Shown here piece after piece: positions 1 to 9,983 of a stretch of 64,000 bases of DNA (position 1 is the first letter of the stretch; every line of letters begins with the position of its first letter). Origin of the DNA: Promethearchaeia archaeon (GTDB lineage Archaea > Asgardarchaeota > Lokiarchaeia > Sigyniarchaeales > SOKP01); assembly GCA_029856045.1 (NCBI GenBank), contig JAHQWG010000016.1, positions 128,001 through 192,000 of the forward strand, written 5' to 3'. Both the position numbers and the translations under genes were made by a program. The notes beneath the pieces were generated by a model. That model was not told the DNA's origin, did not search any database, and worked only from the letters and a program-made list of their open reading frames with translations.

Positions 1-128
1 GTTTAACATTAAAGGTTTTTTATAGAAAAAATTCCTTATAGTCATTTATAATGATTTATACTATTTTGATTTGATTATCTAGATAATTTTTTAACTTTAC
101 CAAAAAATATTTTATTAAAATAAATTTA

Positions 129-548
129 TTGATTTTTTCAAAAATGGGGAAAAAAAATAAAGAAAGTAGTTTAAAAAAAGCAGTTATTAAAAATAATAAG
201 GGTATTTCAATATCTTATGATAGAGAAGAGATTAAGAAAAATCTTCCTCATCTTTTTAATGAATTAAAAAAAAGTAATCAAAAAATTAGAATAAATGGAA
301 TTACAGATTCTAATGAAATTATAGAAAGATCGGACGAAATCTTTAATCCTGGGGTAGAGGACTTTATAAGACGTTGTAGTAGTCAAGAAGAAGCTTACGA
401 TATTTTAGATTATCTCCTTAAAAGAGAAAAAATATCTGAAAAGGAATATAATACCTTAAAGAAACGAGTAAAAAATGAGGGGATAGAAAGTTTTGGAGAA
501 AAAAAGACATGGGGTTATTATGAGAGAAAATATAGAGCTAGAAAGTAA
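129..548 (+). CDS. DUF2095-like archaeal conserved protein (true start possibly ATG at 144)
   Basis: C-terminal P-x-V-x-D-F-I-R-R-C...F-G-x-K-K-x-W-G-Y-Y pattern typical of DUF2095. Confidence 0.75.
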   Translation: MIFSKMGKKNKESSLKKAVIKNNKGISISYDREEIKKNLPHLFNELKKSNQKIRINGITDSNEIIERSDEIFNPGVEDFIRRCSSQEEAYDILDYLLKREKISEKEYNTLKKRVKNEGIESFGEKKTWGYYERKYRARK

Positions 549-631
549 ATATTTTGATTTTAAAATTTAAATAAATCTATAAATTAATATTAGATATTTT
601 ATCAAATGAGATCTTTTTAAGGGGAAATAAT

Positions 632-846
632 ATTAAAAAAATAATATTTGCAATTGCTGGAATAGGAAATGTTGGATCTGCATTAATTTAAGGAATAAAA
701 TATTATTAAAAAATTGATGAAAATAATTTATACACTCATGGTTTAATGAATACCAAGAGTGGTAACCTCCTCCAATTCAAGCCCCTTCTGATGTATTAGC
801 CAAACATTGGGTTCAAGAATTTATTGAAGGAAAAAGAGAAAGATAA
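632..846 (+). pseudogene. ino1: Remnant of myo-inositol-1-phosphate synthase (N- and C-termini only)
   Basis: Translates as IKKIIFAIAGIGNVGSALI*GIKYY*KIDENNLYTHGLMN (stops at 689 and 707), then after a frame change PPIQAPSDVLAKHWVQEFIEGKRER*; these match the two ends of archaeal/actinobacterial Ino1. Confidence 0.75.
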
Positions 847-855
847 ATTGATAGG

Positions 856-929
856 TGCATTCAGTTTGGGGCGACAAAATCATTGCCAAGAGCATTAGCT
901 CAGATTGTCACTGAGTACATCATCATGCA
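856..929 (-). ncRNA. Box C/D guide sRNA (D guide predicted for LSU Gm2251)
   Basis: Minus strand: C box ATGATGA, guide TGTACTCAGTGACAAT, D' CTGA, degenerate C' ATGATTT, guide TGTCGCCCCAAA, D CTGA, short terminal stem. Confidence 0.75.
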
Positions 930-953
930 TATTTACTTAATTTAAAATCTTTA

Positions 954-1223
954 TTAAATTTTATTTTTAAATTCTACTCGCTTTTTAAATTCGATTCCTC
1001 TTTCAGTTATGTGAAATTCTTCATTAATTTTACTTATTAAATTAAGATCAATCAAAACGGGTAGTCTTCCATTAATGCATTCCATCGGGACTCCAGAAAA
1101 TAATTTAATAGTGTCTTTTTTCCTTGCCCCTTTTTCAATAGCAAGGAGAATCTCAAACCCCATATCTCCTATTAAATATTTCAAGTTATTATTATTTTTT
1201 GGTTTTCTTTTCTTAGCAGACAT
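954..1223 (-). CDS. Small winged-helix protein
   Basis: HTH followed by wing ending 'LIDLNLISKINEEFHITERG'. Confidence 0.6.
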   Translation of the reverse strand: MSAKKRKPKNNNNLKYLIGDMGFEILLAIEKGARKKDTIKLFSGVPMECINGRLPVLIDLNLISKINEEFHITERGIEFKKRVEFKNKI

Positions 1224-1272
1224 TATATCCTAAAACCGATATTTTCGATTAAAAAATTAAGGGGGATTATTC

Positions 1273-2505
1273 TTATTTTTTCTTTTTTTTCTTAGATACT
1301 TTTTTTTTCTTATCCACTTTATTCTTATATGTAGATTTTGAAGATAAATCATCAAGAAAATTTTTTATATCAAATTCTTTTTTTACAGGTGGTTCATATT
1401 TATCAGCAATAACCGCTTTAGATTCTCTTGGTAATAATTTCCTGAGATATTTAGGAAACAAAGTAGTTATTTGAATATCAGTTTTTAAAATAACGTAAAT
1501 ATCCCCTTCATATTTGAATTCATCAATAATTTCAATTTTTTTTAAAGTGTCGAGAATTTCGAAATAAGATGCTAAAGCTTTTTCTGAGATGAGTTTTGGG
1601 AGAACACTTTTTAAAATAGGACCAGCTCTAAGTTTCGAAAGCACATTGTAAATTTTAGAGTCCGAAATCAATTGAAATAATTGAAATGAATCTTCTTTGG
1701 TTGGTTTATATACATCAAAAAATTGTGTTACTTTTTTAATAACTAGATCAATTAGCATTGGTTTTTCATCAAAATATTCAATAACACTTTTTGGTGGCAT
1801 TCGTATTGATTCAACTTCTTTTACAAGAAGAATATATCTTTCATAACCAATTTCATTTATGTGAATAAAATCTTGATTTATTAATGTTTTTATTAAATCC
1901 TCAAATAATGATTTTTTGAAAGTTTCATTGAACCATTTTTGTAAATCTTCATATGTAATTGGTCCATTAGAAAGTTTTTCTAGTGTATAAAAAATTTCTT
2001 TATCTTTTAGTAAAATTGAAATTTGTTCTTCTTCAGTTTTTTCACGAATTTCATCTAATGAGACCCAATATAATTCCTTTAGCCATAATTTAATTAATTC
2101 TTGATTTTCTTCTATTTTTTTCCGTTCAATTTCATCATAGCTATTTTTTTCATTTATATAAAATGCTTTATGTACTTCTTCATTAGATTGTAGCTTTTCT
2201 GCAAATTCAATACACGATGAAAGAATATTTTGTTCTATTTCTGGAGTCATAGATTGATCAATAATCACTGATAGCATTAACATTTCCTTGCCTCCTCGAG
2301 CTTTTTCTGAATAAATTTCAAAATAATAATTCATAGAGTTAAGATCTTCAATACTATGAGTAAAAAAGCCCTCTTCAATAGCTTGATCCATAATATTTGC
2401 AATTCTAACATATAATCTAGTATCTAAAGCATTTTCTGGAAATGAATAATATACTAATGGTCCAATCTTACGATGAAAATAACTAAGAGAAACGATGGGC
2501 TTCAT
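1273..2505 (-). CDS. Longin/uDENN (NPRL2-like) domain protein with two C-terminal winged-helix domains
   Basis: N-terminal 'LSYFHRKIGPLVYYSFPE' resembles the F-H-x3-G-P motif of NPR2/uDENN longins; two repeats of L-x-K-L-x-x-G-P-I...wing. Confidence 0.6.
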   Translation of the reverse strand: MKPIVSLSYFHRKIGPLVYYSFPENALDTRLYVRIANIMDQAIEEGFFTHSIEDLNSMNYYFEIYSEKARGGKEMLMLSVIIDQSMTPEIEQNILSSCIEFAEKLQSNEEVHKAFYINEKNSYDEIERKKIEENQELIKLWLKELYWVSLDEIREKTEEEQISILLKDKEIFYTLEKLSNGPITYEDLQKWFNETFKKSLFEDLIKTLINQDFIHINEIGYERYILLVKEVESIRMPPKSVIEYFDEKPMLIDLVIKKVTQFFDVYKPTKEDSFQLFQLISDSKIYNVLSKLRAGPILKSVLPKLISEKALASYFEILDTLKKIEIIDEFKYEGDIYVILKTDIQITTLFPKYLRKLLPRESKAVIADKYEPPVKKEFDIKNFLDDLSSKSTYKNKVDKKKKVSKKKKKK

Positions 2506-2788
2506 ATTTTACTTCATATAGTTTTTTCTTTAATGAAATCCAAGATTGAAGGTCTTTTTTTTAGTTAGTTTTTTTTTTATTATTTTTTATATATTTTAAA
2601 GATTGAAAAATATTCTAATGTGACTCTCTCTAAACCATTAAAAAACAAAATAGGATTTTATTACGTATATCAATATTAATTAATATCTGCCGATTAAATA
2701 TATAAAGATTTATTTTAATTAATTTTTATAAATTTCCTTAAGTTAAAAAAATATTTTCATTCATTTTTTTTTATGGTCTTACAGATAA

Positions 2789-3538
2789 GTGAAAAAAGTG
2801 GTAATTAAAGTAATAGCATTCGATTTAGACGATACACTTTATAATGCGACAGAATTAGCGAGAGAAGCTAGAATTAGTGGTTTAAAAGCTATGATTAAAA
2901 AGGGTTTAAAAATTGATTTAAAAAATGCAATTTCAATTTTAGATGAGATTGTTAAAGAATATGGCACAAATAATTCTCATCATTATGATATATTCATTCT
3001 ACGTATTAATAGATTTGAACCTCAAATTGATTTTATTAAAACAGATCAAAAAAATAAATATGTATCTGCTGCTGTTATGGCATATCACGAACAAAAAATT
3101 GAATTAATTAAGCCTTTTAATGATGTTATTCCTTGTTTGAAGCAAATTAGGAATTTAGATATAAAAACCGCAATAATTTCTGATGGAATACCAATTAAAC
3201 AATATGAAAAAATATTAAGATTAGGAATTGATGATTTAATTGATTTAATTGTAATTTCGGATGAGATTGGAATCAGAAAACCAAATCCTAAGCTATTTGA
3301 ATATTGTTTGAAAAAATTTAGGATTATAGGAGAAGAATCAATTTATGTGGGTGATAATCCAGAGAGAGATCTCGTTCCAGCTCGTATGAATGGAATGAAC
3401 AGTGTATATATTCATAGAGGTGGAAAATATAATAACATAACCACGGGAGAGAAAATTCTTAATGGAAAAAAACCTGAGTATGAAATAAATACTCTTCTAG
3501 AATTAAACAAAATTATTAAAGAAATTAATTCTAAATAA
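2789..3538 (+). CDS. HAD-superfamily hydrolase, subfamily IA
   Basis: Motifs FDLDDTL, ISDG, KPNP, VGDNPERD. Confidence 0.9.
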   Translation: MKKVVIKVIAFDLDDTLYNATELAREARISGLKAMIKKGLKIDLKNAISILDEIVKEYGTNNSHHYDIFILRINRFEPQIDFIKTDQKNKYVSAAVMAYHEQKIELIKPFNDVIPCLKQIRNLDIKTAIISDGIPIKQYEKILRLGIDDLIDLIVISDEIGIRKPNPKLFEYCLKKFRIIGEESIYVGDNPERDLVPARMNGMNSVYIHRGGKYNNITTGEKILNGKKPEYEINTLLELNKIIKEINSK

Positions 3539-3543
3539 ACGGA

Positions 3544-4359
3544 TTGGGTGTTAATTTGAAACTAATCTTAATTCAATCGGAAATGTTTGATAAAGACAAG
3601 GAATGTTTTATTGAAATTCAAAATCTCATAAATAGCATTCCATCTATAGAAGAAAATTGTGATTTAGTTTGTTTGCCAGAAAGATGGATTAAGATGAATC
3701 CAAATCTTGAAAAAAATATTCAAGAAGAGAGGGGGTCTCATTATCAATTCATTAAGAAAATTGCAAAAAAATATCATATTAACATCCTTTCAGGAGGTAT
3801 TTGGGAAAAAAGAGAAAATTCAAACAAAAATTATGTAACATGTTATTTTTTTAATAAAGATGGTGAAGAAATTGGACGTCAAGATAAAATTCACCTATAT
3901 CGTTATGAAAAATTTTTCTTTGAACCTGGAGATACTTTAAATTTATTTAATCTAAATGGACACCTATTTTCAATTTTAATTTGTTTTGATATGGTGTTTG
4001 AAACGCCCCGTTTTGCAGTTAGGAATGGTGCTGAATTTTTAATATCTCCTACATTAATTAGAGAAGAGGGAATGGAGAATTGGGGTGTTTATTTAAGGGC
4101 GAAGTCTCTAGAAAACAGAGTTCCAATCGCAGCGTGCAACTCCTTTGGAATTTTAAAAGACCGAATATTTCCCGGCAATAGTAAAATAATTTCTTTTGTA
4201 AAAGGTTTTTATTCACCATCTAAATTAAAAGTTCTTGAAGCTCCATTTAATAAACATGCTATTTTATTTGATAATATTGATTTAAGATTTCCAAATAAAC
4301 TTAGAAAGAAAAGATTAAAAGAAGCAATAAGTTTGGAGGAAATTAAATTAAAAAAGTAA
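3544..4359 (+). CDS. Carbon-nitrogen hydrolase (nitrilase family)
   Basis: Catalytic triad E (LPE), K (DKIHL), C (ICFD). Confidence 0.85.
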   Translation: MGVNLKLILIQSEMFDKDKECFIEIQNLINSIPSIEENCDLVCLPERWIKMNPNLEKNIQEERGSHYQFIKKIAKKYHINILSGGIWEKRENSNKNYVTCYFFNKDGEEIGRQDKIHLYRYEKFFFEPGDTLNLFNLNGHLFSILICFDMVFETPRFAVRNGAEFLISPTLIREEGMENWGVYLRAKSLENRVPIAACNSFGILKDRIFPGNSKIISFVKGFYSPSKLKVLEAPFNKHAILFDNIDLRFPNKLRKKRLKEAISLEEIKLKK

Positions 4360-4409
4360 AACTAAGGTTTATTAGCCGAAAAATTTGGAAATATTATTAG
4401 AAACTTTCA

Positions 4410-5153
4410 ATGAAATGTAAAAAACATAATTTATCCTATAAATATGTATGCCCGGAATGCTTCCAACCGTATTTAGAGGAGACACCCTTTTCGAGTTTAG
4501 AAGAAATCAGAAAATATCAAAAATTAAATTCTAAAAGAATTAAGACAACAAATCTAAATAATAAAATTAATTTAATTGCTTGTCTGAAAATTAAATATTA
4601 TAATAATGTTGCTTACGCTGGATCAATACTTTATAATATTAAAAACCAGAAATACAAAAATTTTAAGATAAGAAAGTATAAACAAATCATTCCTTATTTC
4701 CCTACTCTTTTATTTTTGAGAGATCTGGAAATTTATTTGAATTTAGCTGAACAGATTAAGTTTAATCCGGATTGTTATATATTAAATGCAAGTGGTCAAT
4801 TGCATCCTTTTCTATTTGGAGTTGCATCTGATTTTGGTGTAAAGTTAAAAGAAGAGATTCCAGTTATTGGAGTATCTAAGAATAATCTTTGTAAGAGTAG
4901 TATACCTATTAATTTAAAAGAATTAAATAAATCTAAGATTGTAGGAGACATAGTATTTAAAAACAAATTAGTAGGTAAATATTTATTAATTAAAAATCTA
5001 AAAAATGGCATTTATATTTCTGTTGGTAATAATATTAGTTTAAATTTCGCTATGATAATTATATCAAATTTATTAAAATATCGAATCCCTGAACCTATAA
5101 GACTATTAAACATTGAATTAAATAAAACTATTAAAAATGAAATTGAAAGATAG
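4410..5153 (+). CDS. Endonuclease V-like protein with degenerate active site and N-terminal Zn finger
   Basis: PYFPTLLFLRD, SGQLHP, FGVAS, IGVSK, IYISVG and YRIPEPIR motifs; CKKH...CPEC at N-terminus. Confidence 0.8.
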   Translation: MKCKKHNLSYKYVCPECFQPYLEETPFSSLEEIRKYQKLNSKRIKTTNLNNKINLIACLKIKYYNNVAYAGSILYNIKNQKYKNFKIRKYKQIIPYFPTLLFLRDLEIYLNLAEQIKFNPDCYILNASGQLHPFLFGVASDFGVKLKEEIPVIGVSKNNLCKSSIPINLKELNKSKIVGDIVFKNKLVGKYLLIKNLKNGIYISVGNNISLNFAMIIISNLLKYRIPEPIRLLNIELNKTIKNEIER

Positions 5154-5426
5154 ATACTTATTATTAAATTTACTTTCGTAATATTTACTTCTTAAAATAG
5201 AAATATTAAGATATATCTTAGAATGTTTAATCAAATTCCATATATCTCAGAATAATTTGATTATTTTATAAAAAATAATCCAAGAATATAAAGATTAACA
5301 AACTAATTCAGATGGAGCTTAGGTTTATTTTTAAAAAAAAAAGGGGACTTTATAAAGACAGAGAGTAAATTAAAAGTAAAAAATACAGAGAGAGAGAGTA
5401 AATAAAAAATAAAAGAGTAAAAAAAA

Positions 5427-6596
5427 ATGGCATCTCAAATAAAACCTATCTATTTTGGCCCTAAAGCTATATTTGATCCATATTTTATACCTCCTGAATT
5501 ATTGCATAGAAAATCTGAGGAAGAAATGCTTAGTACAATTTTAAAAGACTCATTTTTAGATAACTTTGGGGCTAATATTTTAATTAAAGGAATAAAAGGG
5601 GTTGGGAAAACTGTTCTAATAAATAAAGCGATATCAGATTTAAAAATAAAAAGTAAAGATAACGGCAAAGATATTTTAAAATTATTTGTAAATTGTGAAG
5701 GGAAAAATCTAGAAGAAATAATAATTTCATTGATTTTAAACTTAGAAAAGACAGAAGAAATGAAATTAGATATTAATTTCTTGGTAAATTTGACTATTCC
5801 AAGACTATGGAATATTTTAAAACTTGCTTGTAAAAAATGTAATACTTTTAAATTTCTTGTATTTCATAATATAGAGGAAATAGAGCCCAAGATTTTTAAA
5901 AAATTTTTAAGATTTGGTAAAGAGATGAAAATTTCAATAATATCAACAATTAACAAGATTTCCATCAATCCAGAATTAAACTTTCTTTCTGAATTTGATG
6001 TTAAGAAAAGGATTGATTTATATAATCCATCACAATTATCTGATATAATTAAACAAAGATTTGCTTTAACTTACCCCTTTAATATCGATGATTCTCTTTC
6101 AAATTTAATAGTTGATTTAGTTGCGGAATATGATTACTTAAGACCAGGCAAATGCATAGAATTGATGAGAGAAATTTACCCTATCATTAAAAAAAAAAAT
6201 GGATCAATTACATCTGATCACCTACGAGAACAATGTTTACTGCAATTTGATTCTTTTTCCTTAGACGAATTTGAGATAATTTCATATCTAACGGAAGCAG
6301 ATATTTTAATAGACATTTTTCTGGATAATTTGGCAAATTACTTTTCAAATGAATATAATTATTACATTGATTTAGTTAAATTAAAAGAATTATATGAAAT
6401 ATCATGTGAGACATTAGAATTTGAAAAAAAATCTAGTGAATTTAATCGAATACTCCAAAAGCTATTAGATTTAGAAATTTTAAAAGAATCAAAATTTGCC
6501 AGAAAATACCCCAATAATATAAGATTTTTTTATTCAATAATGCAGACATCTCAATTAAAAACAATGATTGATGTTATATTTGGAGAAATAAAATAA
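5427..6596 (+). CDS. Divergent Orc1/Cdc6-family AAA+ protein
   Basis: F-x-P-P-E-L-L-H-R, Walker A GIKGVGKT, VNC, C-terminal winged helix; Walker B degenerate (FHNIEE). Confidence 0.75.
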   Translation: MASQIKPIYFGPKAIFDPYFIPPELLHRKSEEEMLSTILKDSFLDNFGANILIKGIKGVGKTVLINKAISDLKIKSKDNGKDILKLFVNCEGKNLEEIIISLILNLEKTEEMKLDINFLVNLTIPRLWNILKLACKKCNTFKFLVFHNIEEIEPKIFKKFLRFGKEMKISIISTINKISINPELNFLSEFDVKKRIDLYNPSQLSDIIKQRFALTYPFNIDDSLSNLIVDLVAEYDYLRPGKCIELMREIYPIIKKKNGSITSDHLREQCLLQFDSFSLDEFEIISYLTEADILIDIFLDNLANYFSNEYNYYIDLVKLKELYEISCETLEFEKKSSEFNRILQKLLDLEILKESKFARKYPNNIRFFYSIMQTSQLKTMIDVIFGEIK

Positions 6597-6889
6597 TTTA
6601 AATGAATTTAAAATCGATTTAATTAATCCTTATAAAATTCTTAAAAAATTTGAAAACGAAACATTTAAATAGTTAAAGGGAAATATTTAAGTTTACAATA
6701 GAGAGATCGGTAACATATAGAATACTACTAAGCATTATTTACGCTTTAATTTAATTACGCTTATAAGGGATTCACTGACAAAATCATTATAATATAAATT
6801 TACGATTTTTTGGGGATTTGGGTTAGGAAATAGGTTCTGATGTATTTATAGTATTATTTATAAATTAAAAAAAAATGAAATAAAAAAAA

Positions 6890-7795
6890 ATGGATGATAT
6901 TAAAAATTTGATCAGTAAGAAAGAAATTAAGTTTTCAAATCAATGTCCCGAATGTGGAAGTGAGATTATTTCACAACCAAAAAGAGGAGAATTGGTTTGT
7001 GAAGGATGTGGTTTAGTAATAAGTGAACATATAATTGATACTGCTCATAATGGGAAAAGAGCCTTTACTCAACAAGAGAAAGAAAAACGAGAGAGTACTG
7101 GGTCTCCAATTACTTTATTATTGCCAGATATGGGATTAAGTACTGTAATAGATAAAAAGAATTTAAATGATCCCAATCTTAAAAGGGCTGCAAAATGGAA
7201 TACTCGGATGACTTGGGACAAGCGGAATATGTTACTAGCCACAACGGAATTAAAAAGAATTGCAAGTAATTTAAATTTACCTAATCATGTTAAAGAATTA
7301 GCTATAAAAATATATAAAAACGCTTTTAATAAAAAATTATTACGAGGTAGATCCATCAATGGGATGGTATCAGCAGGGTTATATTATTCCTGTAGAAAGG
7401 AAAAAATTCCCAGAACACTTCAAGAAATTATTGATCAAACCAATGTAAAGCCAAGAGATGTTAGAAGATGCTATAGAACTCTTGTTAGAGAATTAAATCT
7501 TAAAGTTCCTTCAACAAACCCAATTTTATTAATTCCACGATACGTTACAGATCTTGGACTTTCACAAGAAGTTGAGAAAGATACAATCGAATTATTAAAA
7601 AAATTTATTAAAAATTTCTCAACAAGTGGAAAAGATCCTAAGGGATTATGTGCAGGGGCAATATATTTAATATGTAAATTAAAAAATATAAAGGTCTCAC
7701 AAAAGAAAATTGCAACAATCATTGGTGTCACAGAGGTTACACTACGTTCCAGATATAAAGAACTTTCAAATAAGCTTAATTACAATAAACAATAA
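6890..7795 (+). CDS. tfb: Transcription initiation factor IIB
   Basis: Zn ribbon CPECG..CEGCG, RGRS, PRTL, GKDPKG, VTEVTLR. Confidence 0.95.
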   Translation: MDDIKNLISKKEIKFSNQCPECGSEIISQPKRGELVCEGCGLVISEHIIDTAHNGKRAFTQQEKEKRESTGSPITLLLPDMGLSTVIDKKNLNDPNLKRAAKWNTRMTWDKRNMLLATTELKRIASNLNLPNHVKELAIKIYKNAFNKKLLRGRSINGMVSAGLYYSCRKEKIPRTLQEIIDQTNVKPRDVRRCYRTLVRELNLKVPSTNPILLIPRYVTDLGLSQEVEKDTIELLKKFIKNFSTSGKDPKGLCAGAIYLICKLKNIKVSQKKIATIIGVTEVTLRSRYKELSNKLNYNKQ

Positions 7796-7874
7796 TAATT
7801 GAAGAAAAGATTAAGAAGTTACCAAAAACCAATGTTTTTGGAAAAATATTTTTTTTTTATTTATGATTAATTTG

Positions 7875-8465
7875 TTATTTTATTTTATCGATTAATATTT
7901 TCATAAAATCAGATAATGTTAATACATAACTCTGAATATTTGGTAATTGATTTTTTATTTTAATAAACATTTGTGAGTAATGTTCTGCACGTTCTTTTAC
8001 CTTTAGTAAATCATTTCTACTTTGTTCTCTTATTTTTTCTACAGGTATTCCTTTCATTATTGCTCTCTCTTGAATCGTTAAGCCAGAAGGAACTTGACTA
8101 TTTTCAAGGATAATGACACCTTCACCTATAGAAGCTCCTTCATAAATAATTGTTCCGGCTAACACTTGAATATAATCTGCGAAAACACATCCAAAAATTA
8201 ATACTCCAGTTTCAATTATACAGAAATTACCTATGATTATTGGAGATTGGTGCGTCCTAGTAATCAAAGCCACATTATTAAAAATTGTTGAATATTGGCC
8301 GATTCTTATTTGGGCATTTTCTGCTCTGATATACGAGCCGGGCCAGATTACAGCATTGTCCTGCACCTCGATATCGCCGATTAGAACACTATTTGGAGAG
8401 ACATAAGCATTTTCGCTTATTTGGGGTTTTTTACCATTATATTCAATTATTGGCATAATCATCAA
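7875..8465 (-). CDS. Gamma-carbonic-anhydrase-like hexapeptide-repeat protein lacking Zn-His ligands
   Basis: N-terminal GKKPQISENAYVSPNSVLIGD, left-handed beta-helix repeats, GIPVEKIRE; usual His positions replaced. Confidence 0.75.
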   Translation of the reverse strand: MMIMPIIEYNGKKPQISENAYVSPNSVLIGDIEVQDNAVIWPGSYIRAENAQIRIGQYSTIFNNVALITRTHQSPIIIGNFCIIETGVLIFGCVFADYIQVLAGTIIYEGASIGEGVIILENSQVPSGLTIQERAIMKGIPVEKIREQSRNDLLKVKERAEHYSQMFIKIKNQLPNIQSYVLTLSDFMKILIDKIK

Positions 8466-8576
8466 TTATATTTCTTAAAAATAATTATTAGAATTCTTAT
8501 ATATTATATTTTTCTTTATATCTTTTTAATATTTATTCTTAAAATTAGGGTCTTTAAAATTAAAAAAATGAAAACC

Positions 8577-9386
8577 TTAGATTGCATAAGAAAAGGGATC
8601 ATTTGAATCAAAAAAAATAAAAGACTCTCGGGGAAATTCAATTGAAAGAATTTTATATAGCTCTTTCATTCCAATAATCTCGCTATTAAAATGAGGGGTT
8701 ATAATTAGATCTAAATTTAAATCTCTAGCGATTAATGCTGTTTCATATTGGATATCTCTTGTTAGCATACAATCACAATTAAGTTTTAATGCATTTAATA
8801 GTGAATTCTTAGAAACTTTTTCAATTATACAAATTTTACTTATCTCATCATTTATTTTACCGATGTATTTTATATATCTCAAATTCAGATTTTTTTTAAT
8901 TCGATTTATCAAATCTTCCAGCAAGAAAGGTTTAGTATTATTAAAAAACTTTTTAGGTGTACAAATTCGGCCTAAAGGGATTTTTTTACCAGATTTATCT
9001 TGTAATTCAAATAAATTTTCGATTTTTAATGACAACCGATTTGCAATAATTTCCAAAATACCATTTTGAGCGACTTCAAATGCTATATTAATAACAAAAA
9101 GAATAATATGGGCGCTTGATAATAAGTAAAATTTTTTGATAAGATTTTCGTGAAAATATTTTGTGGGAGTGTGAATTAAACCATGATGGGAGATAATCAA
9201 TGAAACTTTTTGTTTTACACCTTCTATTATTGCATCTAGAGAAGGATCTAAGGTAAGCATAATTTTTTTTATATTTCTATCCTCAAATTTTGGCCCAAAT
9301 TGAATTCCATAAATATCATTTTTAAAAGCAAAATGTTTTGGTGCAATTTTTTTCTCTAGAAAATCAGTTATTTGACTTAAAAGCAT
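8577..9386 (-). CDS. Nif3-like dinuclear metal-centre protein
   Basis: D-x-x-G-x-Q, LTLD, ISHHG, PHFNSE. Confidence 0.8.
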   Translation of the reverse strand: MLLSQITDFLEKKIAPKHFAFKNDIYGIQFGPKFEDRNIKKIMLTLDPSLDAIIEGVKQKVSLIISHHGLIHTPTKYFHENLIKKFYLLSSAHIILFVINIAFEVAQNGILEIIANRLSLKIENLFELQDKSGKKIPLGRICTPKKFFNNTKPFLLEDLINRIKKNLNLRYIKYIGKINDEISKICIIEKVSKNSLLNALKLNCDCMLTRDIQYETALIARDLNLDLIITPHFNSEIIGMKELYKILSIEFPRESFIFFDSNDPFSYAI

Positions 9387-9566
9387 AATTATACGAGAAT
9401 TTCTTAGTTTTTTTAAATTTTAATAGGCTCAAAGTTTATAGGAATACAAAAAGGAAATGGTATGAAAAAAAGGATAACAAAAAAAATAAATACTTATTAA
9501 AATTTATAATTACTATTTTCTGATATTTTTCATAATAAATAAAAAATATAAATGTGATAAAGATAA

Positions 9567-9983
9567 ATGGCATCGAATCAAAACTGTATTTTCTGTAAAA
9601 TTATAATGGGGGATATACCTTCTAAAAAAGTATTTGAAAATGATAAAATTTTAGCTTTTCTGGATATTTTTCCAATATCTCTTGGTCATACAATAGTGGT
9701 CCCTAAATCACACGTAAATTATTTTGAAGATGTTGATAAAACTGAAGTTTGTGAAATTTTCAATATAGTCCAAGATTTAGCTAATGAATATTTAAAAAAA
9801 TTAAATATAGATGGATATAACATACTGGTTAATAGCCATTCAGCAGCAGGTCAAGAAATAAAACATTTTCACGTACATATTATTCCTAGAAAATTAGATG
9901 ATGGAGTAATTAGACATAAAATTCCTAAAAATCAAGCAACATCGGAAGAACTTGAAAAAATTTTGAAAGAAATATCTTCTTAA
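9567..9983 (+). CDS. HIT family protein
   Basis: CIFCKI, GHT, HFHVHIIPR histidine triad. Confidence 0.95.
   Translation: MASNQNCIFCKIIMGDIPSKKVFENDKILAFLDIFPISLGHTIVVPKSHVNYFEDVDKTEVCEIFNIVQDLANEYLKKLNIDGYNILVNSHSAAGQEIKHFHVHIIPRKLDDGVIRHKIPKNQATSEELEKILKEISS

Noticed and set aside
5160-5426. Possible origin upstream of the divergent cdc6 (TTCAGATGGAG; AGAGTAAA repeats)
   Set aside because: Only one weak ORB-like site; the repeats are low complexity.
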